IMG/VR virus record: IMGVR_UViG_3300017714_002439 | DNA from: a virus | Reading direction: 5' to 3' (one strand) | Length of the DNA stretch: 64,000 nt | Shown here: positions 56,321-64,000 of the stretch, one piece after another | Numbering within the stretch: the stretch's first letter is position 1 | Layout: each line of letters begins with the position of its first letter | Made by a program: the position numbers and the translations under genes | The notes under the pieces: model-generated | Told to the model about the DNA's origin: nothing | Database searches by the model: none | Seen by the model: only the letters and a program-made list of their open reading frames with translations

Positions 56321-57913
56321 ATGATGAGAATTTTTGGTTATTGGACAATCTTTATCGCACTAGTCATTAGTGCAATTGCAGCCTATTATTCAATCATAGG
56401 ACTAATTGCAATTTTTGCCGCAGCGGCAATTCCTGTTATTGTAATGGGAACAGCATTAGAGATTGGTAAAATTACATCAGCTATATGGTTACATTTAAAG
56501 TGGAAAACCGGAAAATGGCTTATCAAAGGATATCTAGTATTTGCAGTTGCATTGCTTATGTTTATTACAAGCATGGGTATATTTGGATTCCTATCAAAAG
56601 CACACGTAGAGCAAAATGCGTCAATGCTAGAAGGCGAAGCACAACTAGAGCGTATTGTAATTGAAATTACACGTGCAGAAGGTGAAATTGATCGTTATGA
56701 AACTAAAATTGAAAAACTTTCTACAGCAGACACTAGCACAGATGATGGAATACAAGAAAAGATTAGAATAGCAGAAGAAAGCATTACGACTGTATACGAT
56801 AGATTAAAAGACGACATTAAATTTACACAAGAATCATTAGCAACAGCAGCCGCTCCATATGAGAAGCAAGCCGAACAGGCAGATGCTACACTAGAAAAAA
56901 TGAATACTTATGTTGAAGAAAATAACATAAGAGCATTACAAGGATTAGTAGGTGCTGCACAAGATGGAAGAATGGGATCTAAAACAGCCGATAAAGTTAC
57001 AGAATTCCGTGACAAGACTGAAAAGAGCAGAATGATGGCTTTGTTCCAACTTGGAAAAATTAGAGAAGCATCACAAGAAGACATTGTTAAATTAAGAGAA
57101 GCAGCAGATAAGACAATAGCACAAACAAATGAACTTATTACTCGTTTGCGTGAGCAATTAGGAACAGCAACAGATACAGATGTTGAACCACAAATACAAG
57201 AATTACAAGCTAAAATTAAAGAGTTTGAAATAAATTTAGATACACTGTTTGAACAAAAGTATGCAATTGAAGCCACTAGTAGAGAACTAGAGGCAGACGT
57301 AGGTCCTGTAAAATATATTGCAGAACTAGTATATGGCAATGAAGCAGACAGAGATTCACTTGAAGATGCAGTTAGATGGGTAATACTATTACTTGTTATA
57401 GTATTTGATCCACTTGCAATTGTATTAGTTATTTCAGGAATATCTCTTGTTGAAGAATACCCTAGAAAAAAGAGGATTCGCAATGAAAAAGATACGCATA
57501 CTGAAAATGAACCAACGCCCACGTTGGTGGAAAAAAATATCAATAAGTCGTCTAAAGATACTAAGGAACCAAAACGCCCAAAAGTAACCCCTAAAACAAA
57601 ACAGCCGAGTTCTGACTCAATAGAATACAAAGGTAAAGTATACGAGCCTACACATTATAACTATCATCGCATCAAAGAACAAATTGAAGAAAACAATCGG
57701 CACCGTGAAATTACCGAAAGACAATCATTGGTAAATAATATTGTAGAAGAACTATATGATGATGAATCAACAGATGACATTGATATTGTTAAAAAGAAAT
57801 TAGAACAAATGTTTGAAGAAGATAAATCAAAACAAGAACTATTACAAAATGCAGACAAAAATTCAATACGAGAAGTATTTGACAATATTATTAGGGACAC
57901 TAAGAAATTTTAA
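56321..57913 (+). CDS. Multi-TM membrane protein with long coiled coil
   Basis: N-terminal TMs, coiled coil, TM near residue 350, charged tail. Confidence 0.75.
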   Translation: MMRIFGYWTIFIALVISAIAAYYSIIGLIAIFAAAAIPVIVMGTALEIGKITSAIWLHLKWKTGKWLIKGYLVFAVALLMFITSMGIFGFLSKAHVEQNASMLEGEAQLERIVIEITRAEGEIDRYETKIEKLSTADTSTDDGIQEKIRIAEESITTVYDRLKDDIKFTQESLATAAAPYEKQAEQADATLEKMNTYVEENNIRALQGLVGAAQDGRMGSKTADKVTEFRDKTEKSRMMALFQLGKIREASQEDIVKLREAADKTIAQTNELITRLREQLGTATDTDVEPQIQELQAKIKEFEINLDTLFEQKYAIEATSRELEADVGPVKYIAELVYGNEADRDSLEDAVRWVILLLVIVFDPLAIVLVISGISLVEEYPRKKRIRNEKDTHTENEPTPTLVEKNINKSSKDTKEPKRPKVTPKTKQPSSDSIEYKGKVYEPTHYNYHRIKEQIEENNRHREITERQSLVNNIVEELYDDESTDDIDIVKKKLEQMFEEDKSKQELLQNADKNSIREVFDNIIRDTKKF

Positions 57914-58365
57914 TGAATTTAAACGACAATAGCAGTTACACGGTAACTGCACCTGATTTATTTCTATCTGAAAATGGAGTAAATGTTTTAATCACAAGCA
58001 CTAACGAAAAACTAATCAATGACATGAAATTGTTATTTGAAAAGTTTATTAGATCAAGCGTAGTTTTTAATGTGCAACAAAAAGAAACTAAACCAGATAG
58101 TATGCCATGGATGTGGCATGTTAGTAGGACCTGTGAATACATGTTAGTTGATTTAGATACTTGTGCATGGGAAGATATTATGGCTGCAATATTAAAAACA
58201 ACAGATGAAAATCATACTGTAATTTTTTATAGCGAAAAAAACGTCAGAAGAGAAGCACTTAAACTTATTAATGCAACCAGCAAATATATTATAATTCATA
58301 ACTTAGAAGAATTAAATAGGTTCCTAGATATAGATACCCGTTACCCAGGCATGACAGATGAATAA
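57913..58365 (+). CDS. Hypothetical protein
   Basis: TAATG coupling. Confidence 0.6.
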   Translation: MNLNDNSSYTVTAPDLFLSENGVNVLITSTNEKLINDMKLLFEKFIRSSVVFNVQQKETKPDSMPWMWHVSRTCEYMLVDLDTCAWEDIMAAILKTTDENHTVIFYSEKNVRREALKLINATSKYIIIHNLEELNRFLDIDTRYPGMTDE

Positions 58366-59557
58366 TCCATACTGTAATTTTTGCGGTAAAAACAAGCATC
58401 AAACTAAAAAACTTTTAGCAGGCAATGATGGAACACACATATGCGATGGATGTGTTGATCTTTGTCACGACATTCTAATTAAAGAAAAAAGTAAAGAAAA
58501 CAAAAAGCCTACAGTAGTTAATAGGCTTAAACAAACTACACCCAATGAATTGCATACACACTTAAATAGATATGTCATTGGGCAAGATCGTGCTAAAAAG
58601 ACGCTTAGTGTAGCTGTATACAACCATTACAAGCGTATTATGAATACAACGCAAGTTAACCTACAAAAGAATAATGTGTTAATTGCAGGACCTACAGGAA
58701 CAGGAAAAACGCTAATAGCACAAACACTTGCTAAGTTTTTAGATGTTCCTTTTGTAGTTACAGATGCTACAACAATTACTGAAAGTGGATATGCTGGTGA
58801 TGACACAGAAGTGTTACTTGATAAGTTATTACAATCAGCAGATTATGATGTTGAAAAAGCACAGTTAGGTATTATATACGTTGACGAAATTGACAAGAAA
58901 GCAAAGCGTAATGACGTTGTAACATTAAGCCGTGATGTAAGTGGTGAAGGTGTGCAACAAAGTCTATTAAAATTAATGGAAGGTGTTACTGTAAAAATTC
59001 CAAATAAACCAGGTGATCATCCAGAAAAAGTAGATATAGATACCACCAATATATTGTTTATAGTTGGTGGTGCATTTATAGGATTAGAAGAACTCGTAAA
59101 ACAACGTATAGGACAAAGTAAAATAGGCTTTAATGATGATAAGCAAGAACAACTAGATAATTGGGAATTACACCTACAAACACGTGATTTAGTGCAATAT
59201 GGACTTATACCAGAATTTGTAGGAAGATTACCTAGTGTTAACGTTTTACACCAATTAACCAAGGAAGAATTGGTAAAAATCCTTACAGAACCCCAAGATT
59301 CCATAATAGATCAAATAAAAGTGCTTTTTTCACTTGACAAAATAGAAATAGAGTTTAATATAAAAGCATTAGAAGAGATTGCCAATATTGCAATCGAACA
59401 GGACCTCGGTGCTAGAGGTTTAAGAAAAATACTGGATTCAGCACTTGTAGATACACAATACCAGTTACCACAGTTAAGAGAAAGCGGAGTGAATAAAATT
59501 ATTATAACAGAAAAAACTATCACTAATGGACACCCGCCATTAATGGTAAAAGGATAA
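58358..59557 (+). CDS. clpX: Clp protease ATPase subunit ClpX
   Basis: C4 Zn domain, GPTGTGKT, YVDEIDK, SGEGVQQ, IGF loop, GARGLR. Confidence 0.96.
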   Translation: MNNPYCNFCGKNKHQTKKLLAGNDGTHICDGCVDLCHDILIKEKSKENKKPTVVNRLKQTTPNELHTHLNRYVIGQDRAKKTLSVAVYNHYKRIMNTTQVNLQKNNVLIAGPTGTGKTLIAQTLAKFLDVPFVVTDATTITESGYAGDDTEVLLDKLLQSADYDVEKAQLGIIYVDEIDKKAKRNDVVTLSRDVSGEGVQQSLLKLMEGVTVKIPNKPGDHPEKVDIDTTNILFIVGGAFIGLEELVKQRIGQSKIGFNDDKQEQLDNWELHLQTRDLVQYGLIPEFVGRLPSVNVLHQLTKEELVKILTEPQDSIIDQIKVLFSLDKIEIEFNIKALEEIANIAIEQDLGARGLRKILDSALVDTQYQLPQLRESGVNKIIITEKTITNGHPPLMVKG

Positions 59558-59558
59558 T

Positions 59559-60077
59559 ATGAGGCAACAACATCATAAAAATCCAAGGCATCGAGTTATT
59601 GCTAATGAAAGAATTAAAGCAACTGATGTTAGGGTAATTGCTAGAGATAGCGAATCACAAGTAATGCCTTTAAGTAGTGCATTACAAAGAGCAAAGGACG
59701 AGGAGTTAGATTTAATACTTATAAATCACAAAATCGATCCTCCATTATGTAGAATAATGGAAATGAATAAGTTTTTGTATGAACAAAAACAAAAAGAAAA
59801 AGAAGCTAAAAAACGCCAACGTGAAAACGTAGTAGATCAAAAAGAGATACGAATGGGGCTTAACATTGATTTGCATGACTTACAAACTAAGGCAAATCGT
59901 GCTAAAAAGTTTTTAGAACAAAAAGCAAAGGTCACGGTGACCGTTGTATTAAAAGGTCGCGAAAGGGGCCGACAAGACATGGCTAGAGATCTGTTAAAAA
60001 ACTTCGCAGAAATGCTTGAAGCTGAGTATGAGACGATAAATACTCAAAACAACAGAGTTATAGGGCGTGTTAAATAG
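59559..60077 (+). CDS. infC: Translation initiation factor IF3
   Basis: NERI...VRVI, LDL..I, PP.CRIM, KEIR....I..HD.QTK, KGRE. Confidence 0.93.
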   Translation: MRQQHHKNPRHRVIANERIKATDVRVIARDSESQVMPLSSALQRAKDEELDLILINHKIDPPLCRIMEMNKFLYEQKQKEKEAKKRQRENVVDQKEIRMGLNIDLHDLQTKANRAKKFLEQKAKVTVTVVLKGRERGRQDMARDLLKNFAEMLEAEYETINTQNNRVIGRVK

Positions 60078-60084
60078 GTAAAAA

Positions 60085-60348
60085 ATGGGTAAATATAATA
60101 ATAATCGTAACGACAAAGATTCAAGACATGGCGGCATGTATGTTGAAGTAAGAAACAACAATGTAGAGCAAGCTATGAGAAAGCTGAAGAAAAAGCTAAT
60201 GAATGACGGAATCATGCAGGAGTTACGTGAACGACAGTATTTCGTAAGTAATACAGAAAAGCGATTAAAGGCCGAGGCTCAGGCTCGTGCTAGACATCGC
60301 AAACGTATAGCTAAAGATAATCCAGAAAATAAGAAAAGGCTATACTAA
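60085..60348 (+). CDS. rpsU: 30S ribosomal protein bS21
   Basis: VEVRNNNVEQAMRKLKKK...G...ELRERQYF. Confidence 0.88.
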   Translation: MGKYNNNRNDKDSRHGGMYVEVRNNNVEQAMRKLKKKLMNDGIMQELRERQYFVSNTEKRLKAEAQARARHRKRIAKDNPENKKRLY

Positions 60349-60382
60349 ACAGAATTTGTATACATGTAGTATACAAATAGGC

Positions 60383-60437
60383 GGGATGCCGAAAGGGTCC
60401 CATAATTAACATCTTGCTTAAAAGGAGATAAAAGATG
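60383..60437 (+). promoter_or_regulatory. ROSE-like RNA thermometer leader of hsp20
   Basis: GNRA-capped hairpin plus ATCTTGCT-TAAA-AGGAGAT hairpin with bulged G opposite the SD. Confidence 0.55.
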
Positions 60438-60875
60438 AAAACACTAACAACACTTGATCTAAATAAGATCACACCATATGCAGTTGGCTTTGACAGAATC
60501 ATTTCTGACATGTTCCAATATGCAGAAAATAACGTAGCAAGCACAGGCTACCCACCATATAACATTCGCAAAGAAGGTGACAAATTTCAAATTGAAATTG
60601 CACTTGCTGGAGTTACTAAAGAAGATTTAGATATTACAGCAGAAGGTGGAAAGCTAACAATCGCATACAATCCAGAAGAAATAGAACCAACAGTTGAAGA
60701 AGCAATGACTGAATGGTTACATAAAGGTATTGCACAGCGTAAGTTCAAACGTGTTTGGACATTATCTGATGATGTAGTTGTAAACGGTGCTAAAATGGAA
60801 AACGGAATGCTTTATATTGAATTAGAGCGTATCGTTCCAGAAGAAAAGAAAGCCCGTTCAATTAAAATCAAATAA
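60435..60875 (+). CDS. Small heat-shock protein Hsp20 (IbpA-like)
   Basis: GFD, GYPPYNI, IEIALAG, HKGIAQRKF.R, A.MENGML.I. Confidence 0.93.
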   Translation: MKTLTTLDLNKITPYAVGFDRIISDMFQYAENNVASTGYPPYNIRKEGDKFQIEIALAGVTKEDLDITAEGGKLTIAYNPEEIEPTVEEAMTEWLHKGIAQRKFKRVWTLSDDVVVNGAKMENGMLYIELERIVPEEKKARSIKIK

Positions 60876-60890
60876 ATACTAACGTTAAAG

Positions 60891-60914
60891 GTGTAGGGGG
60901 TGTATCCCCTACAC
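60891..60914. terminator. Strong GC hairpin between hsp20 and clpS (terminator or stabiliser)
   Basis: GTGTAGGGG/CCCCTACAC; no T tract. Confidence 0.45.
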
Positions 60915-60940
60915 TGTAATTAAATACTATAAAGGTAAAC

Positions 60941-61240
60941 ATGGCACAGGAACAAGAACAAGTTGCAGAACGAACAAAACTTAAATCACCAAATAAATAT
61001 TTTGTGATATTTTTAAATGATAATGTAACACCTGTAGAATATGTAATACAGGTATTAACAACATTCTTTGGCAAAACATCTGAAGAAGCACATGATATTA
61101 CATTAGAAGTCCATGAAAACGGCAGATCAGTTGCTGGTGCATATAGCTATGAAGTAGCTGAACAAAAATGCATAGAAACAGTTACAGATGCAAGAAAACA
61201 TAGCTATCCACTCGATGTAGTTATGGAAGAATCAGTATAA
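60941..61240 (+). CDS. clpS: N-degron adaptor ClpS
   Basis: VIFLNDNVTPVEYVI, TLEVHENGRS...Y..EVAE. Confidence 0.92.
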   Translation: MAQEQEQVAERTKLKSPNKYFVIFLNDNVTPVEYVIQVLTTFFGKTSEEAHDITLEVHENGRSVAGAYSYEVAEQKCIETVTDARKHSYPLDVVMEESV

Positions 61241-61249
61241 CAAAACCAC

Positions 61250-61278
61250 TTGACAATTTAGAATTTTGATGTTATAAT
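61250..61278 (+). promoter_or_regulatory. Consensus sigma70 promoter
   Basis: TTGACA-N17-TATAAT. Confidence 0.8.
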
Positions 61279-61304
61279 AGATATAACAAATGAGGTATTC
61301 TGAC

Positions 61305-61640
61305 ATGAAAGTAAACATTAATGATATACAAGGTGAAATAGCCAAACAAGATGAACGTTATACAGTAACGGATAATAAAACTCTTAACAATTTAGTTCTT
61401 AGTTCCACAAGATTAAATCCAACATGTTCAACAAATGGGCATAGCCATAGTGGACAAGAAGAAATTTACTTCTTTGTAGAAGGTTCAGGTAAAATGGAGT
61501 TAGGCGAAGAAACTATTATTTTTGTTGAAGGTGACGTAATTTTAATACCAGATGGAATATTTCATAAAGTTATAGCAGGACCACTAGGAGCATATTTTGT
61601 ATGTGTATTTGATGGAAAGAGATATGATCATGGAAAATAA
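61305..61640 (+). CDS. Cupin-domain protein
   Basis: HSH..QEEIYFFVEGSG, GDVILIPDGIFH; GAGGT SD favours start 61305. Confidence 0.85.
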   Translation: MKVNINDIQGEIAKQDERYTVTDNKTLNNLVLSSTRLNPTCSTNGHSHSGQEEIYFFVEGSGKMELGEETIIFVEGDVILIPDGIFHKVIAGPLGAYFVCVFDGKRYDHGK

Positions 61641-62061
61641 TAAAACAGTTGGGTTCACATGTAGCACCTTTGATTTATTACATGCAGGACATATCGGCAT
61701 GCTGAGAGAAGCAAAAGCAAACTGTGATTATTTAATTGTGGGATTGCAAAGTGATCCTACTATTGATAGACCTGACACAAAAAATAAACCAATACAAACA
61801 ATGGTAGAACGTTATGCACAACTTAATGCATTACATTTAGTTGATGAAATTGTTCCATATCAAACAGAAAAAGACCTAATTGATATACTAGAGTTATTTG
61901 CAATTGATGTAAGATTTTTAGGCGAAGAATATAGAGAAAAAGAATTTACTGGAAAAGATGTATGTCGCAAACGTGGAATAGAATTACATTTTAATAAACG
62001 TGATCATAGATTTAGCACAAGTGATTTAAGAAAACGTGTTTGCGAAAAGGAAACTAAATGA
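61630..62061 (+). CDS. Cytidylyltransferase (TagD-like)
   Basis: TFDLLHAGH, LIVGL, VDEI, FSTS. Confidence 0.88.
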   Translation: MENNKTVGFTCSTFDLLHAGHIGMLREAKANCDYLIVGLQSDPTIDRPDTKNKPIQTMVERYAQLNALHLVDEIVPYQTEKDLIDILELFAIDVRFLGEEYREKEFTGKDVCRKRGIELHFNKRDHRFSTSDLRKRVCEKETK

Positions 62062-62597
62062 CAATACATGCAATGATTGATTTGGAAACATTAGGCACTT
62101 CGCCCGATTGTGCCGTGTTAACTATTGGCGGTGTTAAGTTTAATCCCAATGCTGTATCAGAACCATATCAGCCTTTTTATTATAGGTTTAATGTAGACGA
62201 ACAATTAGAAAAAGGTCGCACAGTATTAGATAGCACATTAGAATGGTGGGGCAAACAAGAAGAAAGTGTGCGTAACGAAGCACTTGGTGATGAGAATAGA
62301 ACACCTGTTCTAGAAGTATTACAAGCACTAAACAAATGGTGTGTGGGTGTTGATACTATTTGGTGTCAAGGACCTGCATTTGATATTGTAATATTAGAGA
62401 GCATGTTTAAAGAATACAAACATCATATACCTTGGCCGTTTTGGAAGATACGTGATAGCAGAACGCTGTTTGGTATTATGCCAGTAGACCCACGTAAAGC
62501 AATTAATTTTGCGGCCCACAATGCATTAGAAGATTGTAAAGTCCAAGCATTGTGTGTTCAGCAAACACTACAAAAGTTACAACTGGAGGTTAGGTAG
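62058..62597 (+). CDS. DEDDh 3'-5' exonuclease (Rv2179c-like)
   Basis: MIDLETL, QG..FD, RDSRT, HNALED. Confidence 0.85.
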   Translation: MTIHAMIDLETLGTSPDCAVLTIGGVKFNPNAVSEPYQPFYYRFNVDEQLEKGRTVLDSTLEWWGKQEESVRNEALGDENRTPVLEVLQALNKWCVGVDTIWCQGPAFDIVILESMFKEYKHHIPWPFWKIRDSRTLFGIMPVDPRKAINFAAHNALEDCKVQALCVQQTLQKLQLEVR

Positions 62598-62846
62598 ATG
62601 TTACATACTGTAGAAGCACTAATAGATAAAATTAAAGTAATGCACGATAAAGCAATTATACTACACAGGCTTCGAAACCAGTATTCAGAATCTGCAGATA
62701 AAACATACGATAAAAAACAGTGCCAATTAATAATTGATGATATACAGGCACTAGCACTTCTTATTGCTAACGATAAGCAAGGAACTGAAATTAAAACAGA
62801 GATGGAATATAAGAAGTTTATAAAGGATCAAATAGATGAGAATTGA
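62598..62846 (+). CDS. Hypothetical protein
   Basis: GAGGT SD, coupled. Confidence 0.6.
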   Translation: MLHTVEALIDKIKVMHDKAIILHRLRNQYSESADKTYDKKQCQLIIDDIQALALLIANDKQGTEIKTEMEYKKFIKDQIDEN

Positions 62847-63972
62847 AGAAGATCAAAAATTAGATTACAGTGACGTGCTTATTCGTCCTAAACGTAGCAC
62901 ATTAGGTTCACGCAAAGAAGTAGACTTGGAACGTGGATTTACATTTCGTAATACCGCATCACCAAAACATGAAAATAATCGACACTATCGTGGCGTTCCA
63001 CTTATGGCAAGTAACATGGACGGTGTTGGAACATTTGAAATGGCAGATGAATTAGCAAGTCAAAAGATTATGACTTGTTTGGTTAAAACTTATAGTGTAG
63101 AACATTTAGCGGCATACTTTGGAACAGATAGTAAAGAACGCAGAGATTATGTAGCAATGAGTATTGGCATTACAGACAAAGATGCTGATAAATTTTCTCA
63201 AGTATATGAACAAGCAAGTAAAGGTTTAAAGTATGTATGCATTGATGTAGCTAACGGATACAGTGAAAGATTTGGTAATTTTGTGAGAAAGTTTAGAAAA
63301 CAATATCCAAATACAGTAATTATAGCAGGTAATGTAGTTACCGGAGAAATGACAGAGGAGTTAATTTTAAATGGAGCAGATATTGTTAAAGTGGGTATTG
63401 GTCCCGGGTCTGTTTGCACTACTAGGATACAAACTGGTGTGGGATATCCGCAGTTATCGGCGGTCATCGAATGTGCCGACGCAGCACACGGACTTGGTGG
63501 TCACGTCATTGCTGATGGTGGGTGCAGTTGCCCTGGAGATATCGCTAAAGCCTTTGCCGGAGGGGCAGATTTTGTTATGCTTGGTGGCATGCTTGCTGGC
63601 CATGATGAAGGCGGCGGGGAAATTGTAACAAAACATATTGCCACAGGCGGAGCATATAAAACACCCGAAGGAACATTTATTCCTTATTTTGAAGAACAAA
63701 ATTTTATAGCATTTTATGGCATGAGTTCAGATGCGGCTAACACAAAACACTTTGGTGGATTAAAAGATTATCGTGCAAGTGAAGGTCGTGAAGTATTAGT
63801 GCCCTATCGTGGAGTAGTTGCAAATACAATACAAACTATATTAGGTGGAGTTAGAAGTTCTTGCACCTATGCTGGTGCTAAACGATTAAAACATCTTATG
63901 CGTTGTGCAACTTTTGTAAAAGTTAATAATCAGTTTAATCGCACCTATGAGAATACCACAACTAAATCGTAA
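62836..63972 (+). CDS. guaC: GMP reductase
   Basis: [51 protein letters not shown]. Confidence 0.95.
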   Translation: MRIEEDQKLDYSDVLIRPKRSTLGSRKEVDLERGFTFRNTASPKHENNRHYRGVPLMASNMDGVGTFEMADELASQKIMTCLVKTYSVEHLAAYFGTDSKERRDYVAMSIGITDKDADKFSQVYEQASKGLKYVCIDVANGYSERFGNFVRKFRKQYPNTVIIAGNVVTGEMTEELILNGADIVKVGIGPGSVCTTRIQTGVGYPQLSAVIECADAAHGLGGHVIADGGCSCPGDIAKAFAGGADFVMLGGMLAGHDEGGGEIVTKHIATGGAYKTPEGTFIPYFEEQNFIAFYGMSSDAANTKHFGGLKDYRASEGREVLVPYRGVVANTIQTILGGVRSSCTYAGAKRLKHLMRCATFVKVNNQFNRTYENTTTKS

Positions 63973-64000
63973 AGAGCTATGCATTTTAAACATAGCGTCT

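Noticed and set aside
59334-59361. TTGACA-N16-TAATAT inside clpX as a promoter for infC-rpsU
   Set aside because: Suboptimal spacer in AT-rich coding DNA; single weak instance.
1-64000. Stop-codon reassignment, introns or inteins
   Set aside because: Conserved genes (nrdA, nrdB, uvsW, helicase, clpX, guaC) are full-length and uninterrupted in code 11, and all three stops are used.

Overview
AT-rich (about one third GC by eye) 64-kb segment of a large T4-related/jumbo myovirus genome, standard genetic code. The host is probably a marine proteobacterium: bS21, sHSP and a ROSE-like leader look alphaproteobacterial (inference). Core genes: UvsY-like, UvsW helicase, clamp-loader-like subunit, a miniature DnaE-like polymerase core, primase, DnaB/gp41 helicase, PD-(D/E)xK exonuclease, nrdA/nrdB/glutaredoxin, PAAR and several probable virion genes. 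Host-like functions: tRNA-Thr(UGU), tRNA-Ala(UGC), YhhQ, ProX/ProW, FNR, AsnA-like, HD hydrolase, ClpP, ClpX, ClpS, IF3, bS21, Hsp20 and GuaC. Accessory islands hold radical SAM, 2OG/TauD oxygenase, adenylate-forming, nitroreductase, methyltransferase and SGNH-like enzymes. Strongest non-obvious signals: (1) 13 genes have a promoter at exactly the spacing that puts +1 on the A of ATG (TTGACA-N17-TAnnnT-N6-ATG or TAAATA-N5-ATG) with no SD, i.e. a predicted leaderless-mRNA programme in a phage that also encodes IF3 and bS21; (2) a stand-alone structured ncRNA of about 217 nt with its own promoter and terminator; (3) a palindromic AAGA-N2-TCTT element in the spacer of a class of sigma70 promoters; (4) a late-promoter-driven TauD-TauD-ANL-nitroreductase-methyltransferase operon resembling a biosynthetic cluster. 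All protein calls come from motif recognition, not database searches.
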